Assembly (NCBI GenBank): GCA_041650805.1
Contig: JBAZKM010000012.1
Span: forward strand, 1 to 61,824
Direction of reading: 5' to 3'
Origin: Candidatus Omnitrophota bacterium
Lineage (GTDB): Bacteria; Omnitrophota; Gorgyraeia; 2-01-FULL-45-10
Length of the DNA: 61,824 bases
Each line of letters begins with the position of its first letter. Position 1 is the first letter of the stretch. Made by a program: the position numbers and the translations under genes. Of the stretch, positions 26,880 to 37,213 are shown piece after piece. Below the pieces are notes generated by a model. It saw nothing but the letters and a program-made list of their open reading frames with translations. It was not told the DNA's origin and did not search any database.

Positions 26880-28055
26880 ATGAAGAATAGAAGATCGATC
26901 GCGCACGTCGATATGGACGCGTTCTTTGCCGCCATAGAGCAACGCGATGACCCGCGTTTACGCGGTAAGCCGGTAGTCGTCGGGTCGGACCCTAAAGGCG
27001 GCAGGGGCCGGGGGGTGGTCTCCACATGCTCTTACGAGGCGCGCCAGTTCGGCATACATTCGGCAATGCCCATCTCGACCGCCTATAAGATGTGCCCGGA
27101 TGCCGTCTTCCTGCCGGTCGATATGAAGAAATACGCGCGTGTCTCCGGCGAGATATACCGCATATTATATGATTTCACCCCTGACATAGAGCCGGTGAGC
27201 ATCGACGAAGCGTTCCTGGATATAACCGGGAGTTATCATCTCTTCGGTACGCCGTTCGAGACCTGCCTCCTTGTAAAATCGAGCATAAAAGATAAGACGG
27301 GGTTAACCGCATCCATAGGGCTTGCGCCGACAAAGATGGCGGCGAAGATCGCATCCGACCTGAAGAAACCCGACGGCGCCGTCGAAGTGACCGCCGGGGG
27401 GCTCCTCGATTTTCTACGGCCGCTCGATGTGCGGAAGATATGGGGGCTGGGCGAAAAGACCGAAAAGGCGCTGAACGAAATGGGCATAAGGACGATAGGC
27501 GACCTGGCCTGCCGTGACAGGGACGAGGTCGTATCTCTCTTCGGGCAGAACGGCGCCCATTTCTGGACGCTGGCAAACGGCATAGACGACCGTGAAGTCA
27601 CCTCGGATGCCGAAGCGAAGTCGATAAGCAATGAGACGACCTTCGAGGCCGATCTCTCGGACGACGATGTTATAGACGGTGCCCTTATGTGGCTTTCGGA
27701 GAGGGTCTCCGACCGTCTCCGGCGGGAAGGGCTGAAAGGGAGGACGATAACCCTTAAGATACGGCTTACCGGTTTCCAGACGTATACGAGGGCGTCGACC
27801 CTTTCCGAGTCGACGAACTTCTTCGATGTGATCTACGGGAAGATCAGTGAGATCTATCGCGGATTCGACAGGAAAGGGAAGAGGGTGCGTCTTGTGGGCG
27901 TGAAGGTCTCTAACCTTTCCGGATCAGGGTTCAGGGAGAGCCTCTTTGCCGATGCGTCAGACGGCAGGAAAGAAGAGATCCATAAGGCGCTCGATAAGAT
28001 AAAAGGGAAGTTCGGGGACGGGGCTATTTATAGGGCGGGGAGCAGGGCGTCATGA
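26880..28055 (+). CDS. dinB: DNA polymerase IV (Y family)
   Basis: HVDMDAFFAAIEQ, SYEAR.FGIHSAMP, SIDEAFLD, AKIASDLKKPDG, VRLVGV. Confidence 0.97.
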   Translation: MKNRRSIAHVDMDAFFAAIEQRDDPRLRGKPVVVGSDPKGGRGRGVVSTCSYEARQFGIHSAMPISTAYKMCPDAVFLPVDMKKYARVSGEIYRILYDFTPDIEPVSIDEAFLDITGSYHLFGTPFETCLLVKSSIKDKTGLTASIGLAPTKMAAKIASDLKKPDGAVEVTAGGLLDFLRPLDVRKIWGLGEKTEKALNEMGIRTIGDLACRDRDEVVSLFGQNGAHFWTLANGIDDREVTSDAEAKSISNETTFEADLSDDDVIDGALMWLSERVSDRLRREGLKGRTITLKIRLTGFQTYTRASTLSESTNFFDVIYGKISEIYRGFDRKGKRVRLVGVKVSNLSGSGFRESLFADASDGRKEEIHKALDKIKGKFGDGAIYRAGSRAS

Positions 28056-29251
28056 GCATGGCCACGAAGCACTACGACGTTGCGATAGTAGGCGGGGGTG
28101 CTGCGGGAATTACCGCAGCAATAAGCGCTGCCAGAAAAGGCAACTCTGTCGTAATATGCGAAAAGATGCCGGGTATCGGCAAGAAGCTCCTTATCTCCGG
28201 TTCCGGCAGGTGTAATCTCTATAATGAAAAATTGGGCGAATCGTATTATAACCCGGCAGCCAGGCCGCTCGTCAGGTCTGTCCTCTCCAGGTTCGGTAAA
28301 GAGGAGATAGAGGATTTCTTCGGGGACCTCGGGTTGAAGATATATTACGAAGACGGGAGGGCCTTCCCGTTCACCAACCAGTCCTCATCCGTATTGAAGG
28401 TCCTGGAGATGGAACTGAAGAACCTGGGCACAGTGACAGAACTGAATTTTGATGCTAAAGGCATCGCGGACTCCGGCGCGGATCTTATCATCACTTCAAA
28501 AGACGGCAAGGGTGTTTCATGCCGCTCGCTCGTGATCGCCGGCGGCGGAAAGACGTATCCGGCGCTCGGCTCGGACGGAGGGTCTTACCGGCTGGCAGAG
28601 CGGTTCGGCCATACCGTTCTGGACCCGGTGCCGTCCGCAGTGCCGCTGGTGGCGAAAGATAAGATCATACATCTCCTGCAGGGGCAGAAGGTCAGTGCTC
28701 TCGCCCGTGGGGTCATAGGCGGTTCCGCGGTAGTCGAAGCGGACGGAGAAGTGCTCTTCACAAGATACGGCCTGTCCGGAACGGCCATCCTGGACATAAG
28801 CAGGAATATCTCGATAGCGATGAACAGGGAACGCAAAAGGGAGGTGTCTGTATCGCTCGACCTGGTGCCTTTCATGAGTAAAGAGGATCTTGAGAAGGAA
28901 TTGGACAAGCGCAGGCGCAGGGATGTGGTCGACGAAGAGCTGCTGGCCGGGTTGTTGCCGAATAAATTCGGAAGGGCCCTCAAGGATATCATTTCCGGGG
29001 AAGAGACAGGCCGCGCGGCAGGCACGCTTAAGGACCTGCGTTTCAGGATACTCGGGACGCGGGGATGGAATGAGGCGGAGTTTACCGCAGGCGGCATCGA
29101 TACGCGGGAAGTGATAGGGTCGACCCTGGGATCCATGATGAAGAAAGGGCTTTACTTTGCGGGTGAGGTCCTGGATGTAGACGGCGTGAGGGGCGGTTAT
29201 AACCTGGCGTGGGCATGGGCGTCGGGGTTCGTGGCGGGGCTTACGGAGTGA
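28052..29251 (+). CDS. HI0933/YhiN (BaiN-like) family FAD-dependent oxidoreductase
   Basis: GGGAAG, GKKLLISGSGRCN, GEVLFTRYGLSG, TAGGI, GLYFAGEVLDVDG..GGYNL. Confidence 0.93.
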   Translation: MSMATKHYDVAIVGGGAAGITAAISAARKGNSVVICEKMPGIGKKLLISGSGRCNLYNEKLGESYYNPAARPLVRSVLSRFGKEEIEDFFGDLGLKIYYEDGRAFPFTNQSSSVLKVLEMELKNLGTVTELNFDAKGIADSGADLIITSKDGKGVSCRSLVIAGGGKTYPALGSDGGSYRLAERFGHTVLDPVPSAVPLVAKDKIIHLLQGQKVSALARGVIGGSAVVEADGEVLFTRYGLSGTAILDISRNISIAMNRERKREVSVSLDLVPFMSKEDLEKELDKRRRRDVVDEELLAGLLPNKFGRALKDIISGEETGRAAGTLKDLRFRILGTRGWNEAEFTAGGIDTREVIGSTLGSMMKKGLYFAGEVLDVDGVRGGYNLAWAWASGFVAGLTE

Positions 29252-29261
29252 TGATGATGCT

Positions 29262-30500
29262 ATGAAGTGTTATGACGTTGCGGTGATCGGAGGGGGCGCG
29301 GCGGGCACTATGGCAGCGATACGCGCCTCGCAGCTCAAAAAGAGCGTCCTCCTTGTCGAGCGCAATGATGCCATCGGCAGGAAGATCCTCCTTACCGGTA
29401 AGGGAAGGTGCAATGTCACCAACGCCGCCCCCATCGATACCTTTATAGAGAAGTTCGGGAGGCACGGGAGATTTCTGAGGACGGCATTTACCGCCTTCTC
29501 GAACGACGACCTGATAGACCTCTTCAGATCGACAGGGCTCGAGATGAAGATCGAGAGGCAGGGGCGCGTCTTCCCCGTGACCGACAGGTCCCGCTCCGTG
29601 ATAGAGGCATTGAAAAAACGCCTTGAAGAGAACGGGGTAGAGGTGCTTTGCAATGCGCGGGCCGGGAATATAAGCGCCGGGGATGGCCTCTTTCGGATCG
29701 ATCTGGGGGAGGCCGGAAAGGCAACGGCAAAAAAGGTCATACTGGCGACGGGCGGTGCTTCATATAAAGAGACGGGATCTACAGGGGACGGTTTCTCCAT
29801 CGCCGGCAGGTTTGGGCACAGGATAGAGCCGCTTAAGCCGGCGCTGGTGCCTCTCGTTACAAAAGAAAGATGGGTCAAGGAGCTTCAGGGGCTCTCGCTC
29901 GAGAATATACGGCTCACGTTCCGGTTCGGCAATAATAAGATAGTATCGGATATCGGAGAATTCATATTCACGCACTTCGGCGTATCCGGCCCCCTGGTCC
30001 TCGACCTGAGCGGCGATATCGTAACGGTCCTGGACGGGCATAAAGAGATAATGCTCTTCATAGACCTGAAGCCCGGGCTCACCGCAGAGCAGCTCGAGAA
30101 ACGGTTGTTGAACGAATTTAAGGCGGGCGGCAGCGCCCGCTTAAAGAGCATAATGAAGGGCCTTATGCCGCAACGGCTGATAACGGTCTTCCTCGATCTG
30201 TCCGGCGCCGACCCGGACAGGAAAGGAAGCCGGGTGACCCAGGACGAACGGCGTGCCATGATAAGGACGTTCAAGGCCTTTCCCCTCACCGTAACCGGCT
30301 CTCTGCCGATAGAGGAAGCGATGGTCACCGGGGGCGGTATTTCAACGAAAGAGATAGACCCGCGGACGATGGGGTCCAGGATCGTGCCCGGATTGTATTT
30401 TGCCGGAGAGATCATAGAAGGCGCGGCCTCAAGCGGCGGATACAATCTGCAGCAGGCCTTTTCAACCGGGTACCTTGCCGGAGAGAGCGCGGCCAGATGA
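29262..30500 (+). CDS. HI0933/YhiN (BaiN-like) family FAD-dependent oxidoreductase, second paralogue
   Basis: GGGAAG, GRKILLTGKGRCN, GEFIFTHFGVSGP, VTGGGI, GLYFAGE..GGYNLQ. Confidence 0.94.
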   Translation: MKCYDVAVIGGGAAGTMAAIRASQLKKSVLLVERNDAIGRKILLTGKGRCNVTNAAPIDTFIEKFGRHGRFLRTAFTAFSNDDLIDLFRSTGLEMKIERQGRVFPVTDRSRSVIEALKKRLEENGVEVLCNARAGNISAGDGLFRIDLGEAGKATAKKVILATGGASYKETGSTGDGFSIAGRFGHRIEPLKPALVPLVTKERWVKELQGLSLENIRLTFRFGNNKIVSDIGEFIFTHFGVSGPLVLDLSGDIVTVLDGHKEIMLFIDLKPGLTAEQLEKRLLNEFKAGGSARLKSIMKGLMPQRLITVFLDLSGADPDRKGSRVTQDERRAMIRTFKAFPLTVTGSLPIEEAMVTGGGISTKEIDPRTMGSRIVPGLYFAGEIIEGAASSGGYNLQQAFSTGYLAGESAAR

Positions 30501-32191
30501 ATAATGCCATACAGGCCCCGCGGACAAAAAAGTATCTCTTTTTGATCTCGGCGCTTATCCTCTTCCACGCGCTGAGCAATTATTTCTGGATACGATTTGA
30601 TCATGAAGGCCTGGGAGAGGATGTCGCTCCTCAAATCGCCGTAGTCGTCGATATGCATGGAAAGCTCAGTGAGATATTATCATCCGGGAGAAGCATCCCC
30701 GGTAAGATCTTCCTGACACAGCGCCTCGCCTCTTCCTATTTCTCTTTCGCCTCGCCGTTTTTATATAACCCCCACTGGCCGCTCTTTGTACATTTTGTCA
30801 CCGCGTTCATATCCATACCTTTCGATGGCGAAACGCTGTTCTTCTTTATCAGGTTTTCGAATATTTTTTACATGGCCGTCATTATAGTAAGCATATATCT
30901 GCTCGGGAAGGCGCTCCATAGCCGGGAAGCGGGTATGGCAGCCGCTTATCTTGTATCCCTCTATCCGGCGGTCTTCAATCTCTCTCGTAAGTTCGGCACG
31001 GACCTTCCGCTGGTGTCTATAGTATGCGCGGGGGTCTATTTTCTTTTAAAGACGGACAGGTTCCGCAGTAAGGGATATAGCGCGATATTCGGGATATGTT
31101 TCGGTATCGGGCTGCTTATAAAAGCAACCTGCCTATTTTTTATAATAGGGCCGCTCCTATATATTCTCGTTACAGGATCAAAAGAAGGTGCCTGGAGGTC
31201 TCGGACGATCAAAAATGTCGTCTTTTCGATGTTGATAGCGTTCTTCATATCATGGACGTGGTGGTCAAGATTGGTCCTGGCCCCATATCGCCCGGACCCG
31301 AGATATATAGGCATGTTCTTATTCGAGGGTATGAACACCGTGTTGAAGTATAGTGACCTGCCATTTTGGGACCAGGTCTTCTATTATGCAAAAGCTATGG
31401 TGCTGAACATCTCTCCCGTATTTTTTATTATTTTTTTGACAGGGCTATTTTTTTATATAAGAAAGATGAACAGAAAAAATTGGCCCATCCCGCTTTACTG
31501 GCTCTTCGTCTCGCATATACTGCTCTCTCTGATATTCGCGCGTAGGGAGAGATACCTGTTCCCGGTCTTTGGCGCCGTTGTTTTGATATCTTCTATAGGA
31601 TTGATGGAGTCACCTTTCAAAAAAACGGCAAGATACATTTTAGCGCTGGCCGTGATATTCGGATTTTTGCAATATTTCGTCCTGAGTTATTTTATAACGC
31701 CGCCGCCTAATTATATTTCTCCAGAGTATTATTACATGCCCGAGATCAACAACCACTATGCCGTTATAAAGAGTTTCGATTCGATCATCCGGGGATACGG
31801 ACCGGTAGATAAGACCATCGGTATTATGGAAGAATTTTATATGTCCGGAGACAGGTGCATCCGGTTAAGCAATTTTTTGAGAGTTGCCTGCGGCGATAAC
31901 TATTCGGTCTTCTTGAGTAACGGCGGCTCCGACCCTCCGCAGATGAGCGATAAATTTTTGTCGGATGTAGACAGGTTCGACTTTTTAATAGCATTTGCAA
32001 GACGCTCGAAAGATCCGGATTTTTCCGGCCTGGTAAAATCGATGAATAAGTCCGGTAATGCGACGGCGGAAGGTAAGATAGCGCGGCTCAAGCAATTCAA
32101 GATATTAAAGAGGGAGACGCTGATGCCGGAGAGGGTCGGCATATTTCTTTTGCAGAACAATGCGAGTGCTGAACAGGATAAGGGGGAATAA
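30497..32191 (+). CDS. GT-C membrane glycosyltransferase (ArnT/PMT-like)
   Basis: Multi-TM protein; acidic pair ED in the first loop; R..N, YP..F..SR...D, G.GLL.K and ERYLFP patterns typical of PMT_2/ArnT-like proteins. Confidence 0.75.
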   Translation: MNNAIQAPRTKKYLFLISALILFHALSNYFWIRFDHEGLGEDVAPQIAVVVDMHGKLSEILSSGRSIPGKIFLTQRLASSYFSFASPFLYNPHWPLFVHFVTAFISIPFDGETLFFFIRFSNIFYMAVIIVSIYLLGKALHSREAGMAAAYLVSLYPAVFNLSRKFGTDLPLVSIVCAGVYFLLKTDRFRSKGYSAIFGICFGIGLLIKATCLFFIIGPLLYILVTGSKEGAWRSRTIKNVVFSMLIAFFISWTWWSRLVLAPYRPDPRYIGMFLFEGMNTVLKYSDLPFWDQVFYYAKAMVLNISPVFFIIFLTGLFFYIRKMNRKNWPIPLYWLFVSHILLSLIFARRERYLFPVFGAVVLISSIGLMESPFKKTARYILALAVIFGFLQYFVLSYFITPPPNYISPEYYYMPEINNHYAVIKSFDSIIRGYGPVDKTIGIMEEFYMSGDRCIRLSNFLRVACGDNYSVFLSNGGSDPPQMSDKFLSDVDRFDFLIAFARRSKDPDFSGLVKSMNKSGNATAEGKIARLKQFKILKRETLMPERVGIFLLQNNASAEQDKGE

Positions 32192-32195
32192 GGAT

Positions 32196-32771
32196 ATGCG
32201 CAGGATAATCTTGGCGTCAAGGTCGAAGGCGAGGAGGGAGTTACTTAAGCGGATAGGGCTGAAGTTCATAACGGCCGGATCGGATGCAGTGGAACGGCGT
32301 AAATTGATAGGCAGTTGCAGCAGCCTTGTCACAGGTAATGCCCTTGCGAAGGCGCGTGATGTGTCAAAGAGGTTCAGGTCGGGTGTCGTGATCGCCGCCG
32401 ATACCGTGGTGCTGGTAGGGAAGAAGATCGTAGGGAAGCCGAAGGACCTGAAAGACGCTTTCAATACGCTGAAACTGCTTTCGCGAAGGCCGCAGTGGGT
32501 CTATACCGGGATCGCCGTTATAGATATAGATAAGGATAGGGTCTTCACCGGATACGAGAAGACGAAGGTATATGTATACCGCCTGACCGGTCGGCAGATA
32601 ATGAGTTATTTCCGGAAGGTCTCGCCCCTGGATAAGGCCGGCAGTTTCGATATCCAGGGCCTGGGAGGGGTATTCATAGACAGGATAGAGGGTTGTTTCT
32701 ATAACGTAGTGGGCCTGCCGCTGGCAAAACTGGCGAAGATGCTGGAGAAGACGGGTGTTTCCATCTTCTGA
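32196..32771 (+). CDS. maf: Maf-family nucleoside triphosphate pyrophosphatase
   Basis: IILASRS..RRELL, IAADTVV, GKPKD, DKAGSFDIQG, NVVGLP; start moved to ATG 32196. Confidence 0.93.
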   Translation: MRRIILASRSKARRELLKRIGLKFITAGSDAVERRKLIGSCSSLVTGNALAKARDVSKRFRSGVVIAADTVVLVGKKIVGKPKDLKDAFNTLKLLSRRPQWVYTGIAVIDIDKDRVFTGYEKTKVYVYRLTGRQIMSYFRKVSPLDKAGSFDIQGLGGVFIDRIEGCFYNVVGLPLAKLAKMLEKTGVSIF

Positions 32772-32787
32772 TATGGCTACAAATCAT

Positions 32788-32816
32788 TTTACAGATGGTG
32801 ATTTATGTATTATCAT
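32788..32816 (+). promoter_or_regulatory. Putative sigma70 promoter for the CHASE kinase
   Basis: TTTACA-17 nt-TATCAT in the 75-nt gap after maf. Confidence 0.5.
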
Positions 32817-32845
32817 GCTAAGTGGCTAAGCGAAAAGGCGGGATC

Positions 32846-35005
32846 ATGGCAGTGAATAAGAACCATCGACAGGGCGTCTCTAGGGTAGCGATATCCGCGC
32901 TCGTAGCCGGCCTGGCGCTCTCTTTTGCCCTCTTCAGGGTTACATCCGAATGGGAAAGAGAAAAGATCGCGGCAGAATTCCATCTGCATGCGGAAGACCG
33001 CACCGACCTGTTAAAGGATAAGAGCGAAGACCTGGTAGAGGCATTGCATGTCATCTCCGCGTTATACGAAAGCAGCGAAGAGATAGAGCGCGATGAGTTC
33101 CATATCTTTGTGCAGGGACTGCTTTCGAAAAACCCGTACATCTTCGAGATAGAGTGGCTGCCGCGTGTCCGGGATACGGAGCGGCTCCTCTATGAAGAGG
33201 CAGCGCAAAGAGACGGCCTCTCCGGCTTTTTCATAAGTGAACCGGATGAAGACGGCCGTTTCATAAGGTCGGGGAAGCGCGAGGAGTATTTTCCCGTTTA
33301 CTATTCGGAATCTTCAAATGATGCGGCTGGCACGATATCGGGGTTTGACGTTTCCACGAACCCGGCGCGCCGGGCCGCGATCGAGAAGGCGCGCGATACA
33401 GGATCTCCGGTCGCTACCGGCCGCCTACGCCTTATAAGAAGACCCGGAGAAGGGTTTGCCCTCCGCGTCTTTCTGCCAATATACCGCAACGGAAGACCGC
33501 ATGAGAGCGTCGAAGAGAGACGCGCAAACCTTGCAGGTTTCGTCTCGGCGCTTATATATATACCCGATTTCGTCGAGATCGCCCTGAATAAGGTGAGGTC
33601 TGAAGGCGTCAATATCTATATATATGACAGGTCTTCCGGCAGGGGAGAACAATTTATATATTTTCACAGGTCGCGTATCACGAAAGATAATATACCTCCT
33701 CCGCCCGGTGATCCGGAAGAACTCAAGAGGCGGTCAGGTTTTGCGAAAGAGCTGATAATATATCTCGCGGACAGGGAATGGTCGGTCAGCTGCCTGCCTA
33801 CGTCAGAATTTATAAGCGCGCACAGGAGATGGGCATCGTGGCTTGTGCTGTTCGTGGGCGTCCTGCTCTCTCTGTTATTGGCCGTCTACCTGTCCGGCGT
33901 CCTGACACGGACCGCCAAGGTCGAGACGCTGATCAAAGAGAGGACCTCCGAGTTACAGCGATCCGAAGAGAAGTACAGGGCCCTATTCGATTTCAACAGC
34001 TCCATACTTAAGATCATACCGTTCGGCATGGATATCGTCGACGAGGACTGCAATATACTCTATATCAATGATAAGTTCGAATCGATGTTCGGCAAGGAGG
34101 CCATAGGGAAGAAGTGCTGGTCCCTTTACAAGGATAACTGGGTCCAGTGCGAAGAGTGCCCTCTCAAGGGCGGTATTGAAGTCGGGGAGATGAGGAACGC
34201 GGAAGCGGATGGAGTGCTGGGCGGGAAGACGTTCCAGATAATACATACGGGAGTCATCTTCAACGGCAAGAAATCCGTTATGGAGATATTCATAGATATC
34301 ACCGAGAGAAAAGAGGTGGAGCGGCTCAAAGACGAATTCGTCTCTACCGTTTCCCATGAGCTCCGCACACCGCTCTCCATCACAAAAGAGGGTATAAGCC
34401 TCGTACTGGACGGCATACCGGGTGAGATAAATGAAAAGCAGAGTAATATACTGACGGTGGCGAAGAGCAATATAGACCGTCTGGCGAGGATCATAGACAG
34501 TCTCCTCGATATTTCGAAGATCGAATCCGGTAAAGTAGGGCTGAGGAAGAGCCTGACCGATATAGGCGCCCTGATAAAGCAGGTCGTCGCCTCATTTGAG
34601 CCGGCAGTTAAGAAAAAAGGCCTGGATATCAGGACGGATCTGCCGGAGGGCGCGATGCGGTCAAACGTGGATACCGACAGCATAGTGCAGGTACTGACAA
34701 ATCTCCTCAGTAACGCGGTCAAGTTCACCGAAAAAGGGCATATAGTGATAGCCGCCGGTATATCGGATAATGAAGTGCGATGCTCTGTAGCGGACACAGG
34801 CATAGGTATCGCCGGCGAAAATATGCCGAAACTGTTCAATAAATTTCAGCAGTTCGGGCGTACTGCCGGGAGAGGGGAGAAGGGTACGGGGCTGGGACTT
34901 TCGATAGCCAAAAGGATAATCGAGATGCACAACGGTAAGATGTGGGCGGAGAGCGAGCCCGGTAAAGGTACAAAATTCACGTTTACATTGCCCCTGGGGC
35001 AGTGA
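32846..35005 (+). CDS. Sensor histidine kinase (TM-CHASE-TM-PAS-HisKA-HATPase)
   Basis: CHASE-like EWLPRV...EYFPVYY..GFDV..ARRAAIEKARDTG; VSHELRTPL; NLLSNAVKFT, DTGIGI, GTGLGL. Start ATG 32846 (GTG 32822 alternative). Confidence 0.92.
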   Translation: MAVNKNHRQGVSRVAISALVAGLALSFALFRVTSEWEREKIAAEFHLHAEDRTDLLKDKSEDLVEALHVISALYESSEEIERDEFHIFVQGLLSKNPYIFEIEWLPRVRDTERLLYEEAAQRDGLSGFFISEPDEDGRFIRSGKREEYFPVYYSESSNDAAGTISGFDVSTNPARRAAIEKARDTGSPVATGRLRLIRRPGEGFALRVFLPIYRNGRPHESVEERRANLAGFVSALIYIPDFVEIALNKVRSEGVNIYIYDRSSGRGEQFIYFHRSRITKDNIPPPPGDPEELKRRSGFAKELIIYLADREWSVSCLPTSEFISAHRRWASWLVLFVGVLLSLLLAVYLSGVLTRTAKVETLIKERTSELQRSEEKYRALFDFNSSILKIIPFGMDIVDEDCNILYINDKFESMFGKEAIGKKCWSLYKDNWVQCEECPLKGGIEVGEMRNAEADGVLGGKTFQIIHTGVIFNGKKSVMEIFIDITERKEVERLKDEFVSTVSHELRTPLSITKEGISLVLDGIPGEINEKQSNILTVAKSNIDRLARIIDSLLDISKIESGKVGLRKSLTDIGALIKQVVASFEPAVKKKGLDIRTDLPEGAMRSNVDTDSIVQVLTNLLSNAVKFTEKGHIVIAAGISDNEVRCSVADTGIGIAGENMPKLFNKFQQFGRTAGRGEKGTGLGLSIAKRIIEMHNGKMWAESEPGKGTKFTFTLPLGQ

Positions 35006-35025
35006 GCGGCAAAACGGAGGCCTTT

Positions 35026-35412
35026 ATGGCAAAGAAGAAGATACTGGTGGTAGATGATGAGCTCGATTTTTTGAAGATAATGAGTATACGGTTAGAGGCA
35101 AGCGGCTACGAAGTAGTTACGGCCTCAAACGGCAAAGAGGCATTGGCGATCATAAGATCCGGCAGGCCGGACGCGGTGCTCCTCGATATATTGATGCCCG
35201 ACCTGAGCGGGCTCGAGGTCCTCAAAAAGATAAGGAAGACGGACAAGAAGCTGCCGGTATTCATGATCACGGCATTTTCCAGCGACGAACGCTTTAAGGT
35301 GGCAAATAAGTTGAGCGCCTCCGGTTTTATCGTAAAGACGGGAGACCTCAAGGACGAAGTCGACAGCATAACCAGCGCCCTGGACCTGGCCGGCAAATAT
35401 AAGGCGAGATAG
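35026..35412 (+). CDS. Single-domain response regulator (receiver)
   Basis: ILVVDDE, PDAVLLDILMP, MITA, F.VK; GGAGG before ATG 35026. Confidence 0.93.
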   Translation: MAKKKILVVDDELDFLKIMSIRLEASGYEVVTASNGKEALAIIRSGRPDAVLLDILMPDLSGLEVLKKIRKTDKKLPVFMITAFSSDERFKVANKLSASGFIVKTGDLKDEVDSITSALDLAGKYKAR

Positions 35413-35430
35413 GCAGGTCTGTAACATATA

Positions 35431-37161
35431 ATGGGTATCATCAGAAAAGAGAGATCATTTAAGTCGGGATTTTTTTATCTCCTCGTAGTCCTGGTATTGA
35501 CGGCCGCCGCCTTCCTGCCATCGTTGTCGAACGGATTCGTAGATTTCGACGACCCGTCTTACGTAATCAATAACACTCTTATCAGAAGTTTCTCCCCGGC
35601 GAACCTCGACAGGATATTCAGGAGCGCTTTTGTGGGGTGCTATTGCCCGCTGGCGGTCATATCTTATTCTGCCGAATATCGCCTTTTCGGGCTGAACGCC
35701 TTTTTTTACCATCTCACCAATTATCTGCTCCATCTGTCCGTGACGGCAGCGGTCTTCTTTTTCATATATAAGCTCTCCGCCAGCCGGCGCGCGGCTTTCA
35801 TCGTATCCGTATTATTCGGCATACACCCTATGCATGTAGAGTCCGTCGCCTGGATATCGGAGAGGAAAGACCTGCTCTGCGCGCTTTTCTATATCCTTGC
35901 CCTGATAAGCTATCTCCGCTATCTTGACATAAAAAGACGGCGCCATTATATCCTCTCCATTTTATATTTTGTGCTTGCTCTCTTTTCGAAACCTATGGCA
36001 GTGACCGTTCCGCTGGTGCTCATACTGCTTGACCATTTTTGCGGCCGGGATCTCCTGAGTATACGCAGCCTGTTGGAAAAGGCGCCGTTCTTTATCGCCT
36101 CAGCCGTATTTACCGTTATCAACATATCTTTTCAGTCGGCCTCCGGCGCGACCGGCCTGGTAGCAACGCCCGGGGTAAAGATATATTTTCTTTTGAAAGC
36201 GATCCCGTTCTATCTGGCAAAGATCTTCGCTCCTGTAAACCTGTCGGCCATGTACCTGTATCATAATATAAACGCCGCCCATTCGGCGGAAGTGAAATAT
36301 TACTTGGCGGTCCTGGCCCTTCTCCTCCTTGCGGTGATATTTTTCGGCAGGCGCTCAAAAGAGGCGATATTCGGCACCCTCTTTTTTTTAATGACCGTAT
36401 TGCCGGTCCTGAAGATAGTGCCGGCCGGCGACTGTTTTGCGGCAGACAGGTATATGTATATCCCGTCCATCGGGGTATTCTATCTCGCGGCGGTATTTTT
36501 CGGGCGCCTGCTGGAAAGTAAATTCGGCATAGCAAGATGGGGTGCCGTCTTTCTGCTGAGCGCCGTTATTATCATACTGGCCTCTTTGACGTGGCAGAGA
36601 TGCGGAGTATGGAAAGATACAGAGACCTTATATATGGATGTGCTGAAGAGATATCCTGACCGCGCCCCGTTATATAATGACCTGGGGGCCCATTTCGCCG
36701 AGAGGGGCGACCTCGATAAGGCGATAAGGTGTTTCGGTATAGCGCTCGCATTTTACCCTGACTATAAGGCCGCCAAAGAGAACCTCGCAAGCACTATGGA
36801 AGATAAGCGTCTTAGGGCGGTCAGGGAAGAGGGAGAGCCCGCTTTCAAGGCCCGGCTTGAGGGCGCAAAAGATGCCGGCGAAAAGGTTAAGTTGTTGAAT
36901 GAGATGGGCCTGGCGGAAGGGCAGTCCAACGATATCGATAAGGCTATAGCGTTATTCAGGGAGGCCGCGGAGCTCGACCCGTCATACGCCGAATCCTATA
37001 ACAACCTGGGGTTCTCCTATTACCTGAAAGGCGATGTGGCCGGGGCCGAAGGATATTTCAGGAAGGCGCTCGAACTCGACCCGGGTCATAAAAATGCGAA
37101 GAGGAACCTCGATTTTATACTGTCCCATAAAGAAGACGCAGAGCGAGTCGTCAAAAAATGA
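35431..37161 (+). CDS. TMTC-like GT-C membrane protein with C-terminal TPR repeats
   Basis: FVDFDDPSYV, YHLTNYLLH, HPMHVESVAWISERKDLL, SKPMA, ADRYMY, W..T..L, followed by TPR motifs. Confidence 0.85.
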   Translation: MGIIRKERSFKSGFFYLLVVLVLTAAAFLPSLSNGFVDFDDPSYVINNTLIRSFSPANLDRIFRSAFVGCYCPLAVISYSAEYRLFGLNAFFYHLTNYLLHLSVTAAVFFFIYKLSASRRAAFIVSVLFGIHPMHVESVAWISERKDLLCALFYILALISYLRYLDIKRRRHYILSILYFVLALFSKPMAVTVPLVLILLDHFCGRDLLSIRSLLEKAPFFIASAVFTVINISFQSASGATGLVATPGVKIYFLLKAIPFYLAKIFAPVNLSAMYLYHNINAAHSAEVKYYLAVLALLLLAVIFFGRRSKEAIFGTLFFLMTVLPVLKIVPAGDCFAADRYMYIPSIGVFYLAAVFFGRLLESKFGIARWGAVFLLSAVIIILASLTWQRCGVWKDTETLYMDVLKRYPDRAPLYNDLGAHFAERGDLDKAIRCFGIALAFYPDYKAAKENLASTMEDKRLRAVREEGEPAFKARLEGAKDAGEKVKLLNEMGLAEGQSNDIDKAIALFREAAELDPSYAESYNNLGFSYYLKGDVAGAEGYFRKALELDPGHKNAKRNLDFILSHKEDAERVVKK

Positions 37162-37190
37162 TTGTCTCTTTCTATCATGGGGTATATAAT
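37162..37190 (+). promoter_or_regulatory. Putative sigma70 promoter
   Basis: TTGTCT-17 nt-TATAAT upstream of ATG 37214. Confidence 0.55.
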
Positions 37191-37213
37191 GACTATAACG
37201 CATTGAAATATTT

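Noticed and set aside
26880-28055. dinB as part of a mutagenesis cassette or mobile element
   Set aside because: No imuA/imuB/dnaE2, umuD or LexA box nearby; it is embedded in a housekeeping operon.
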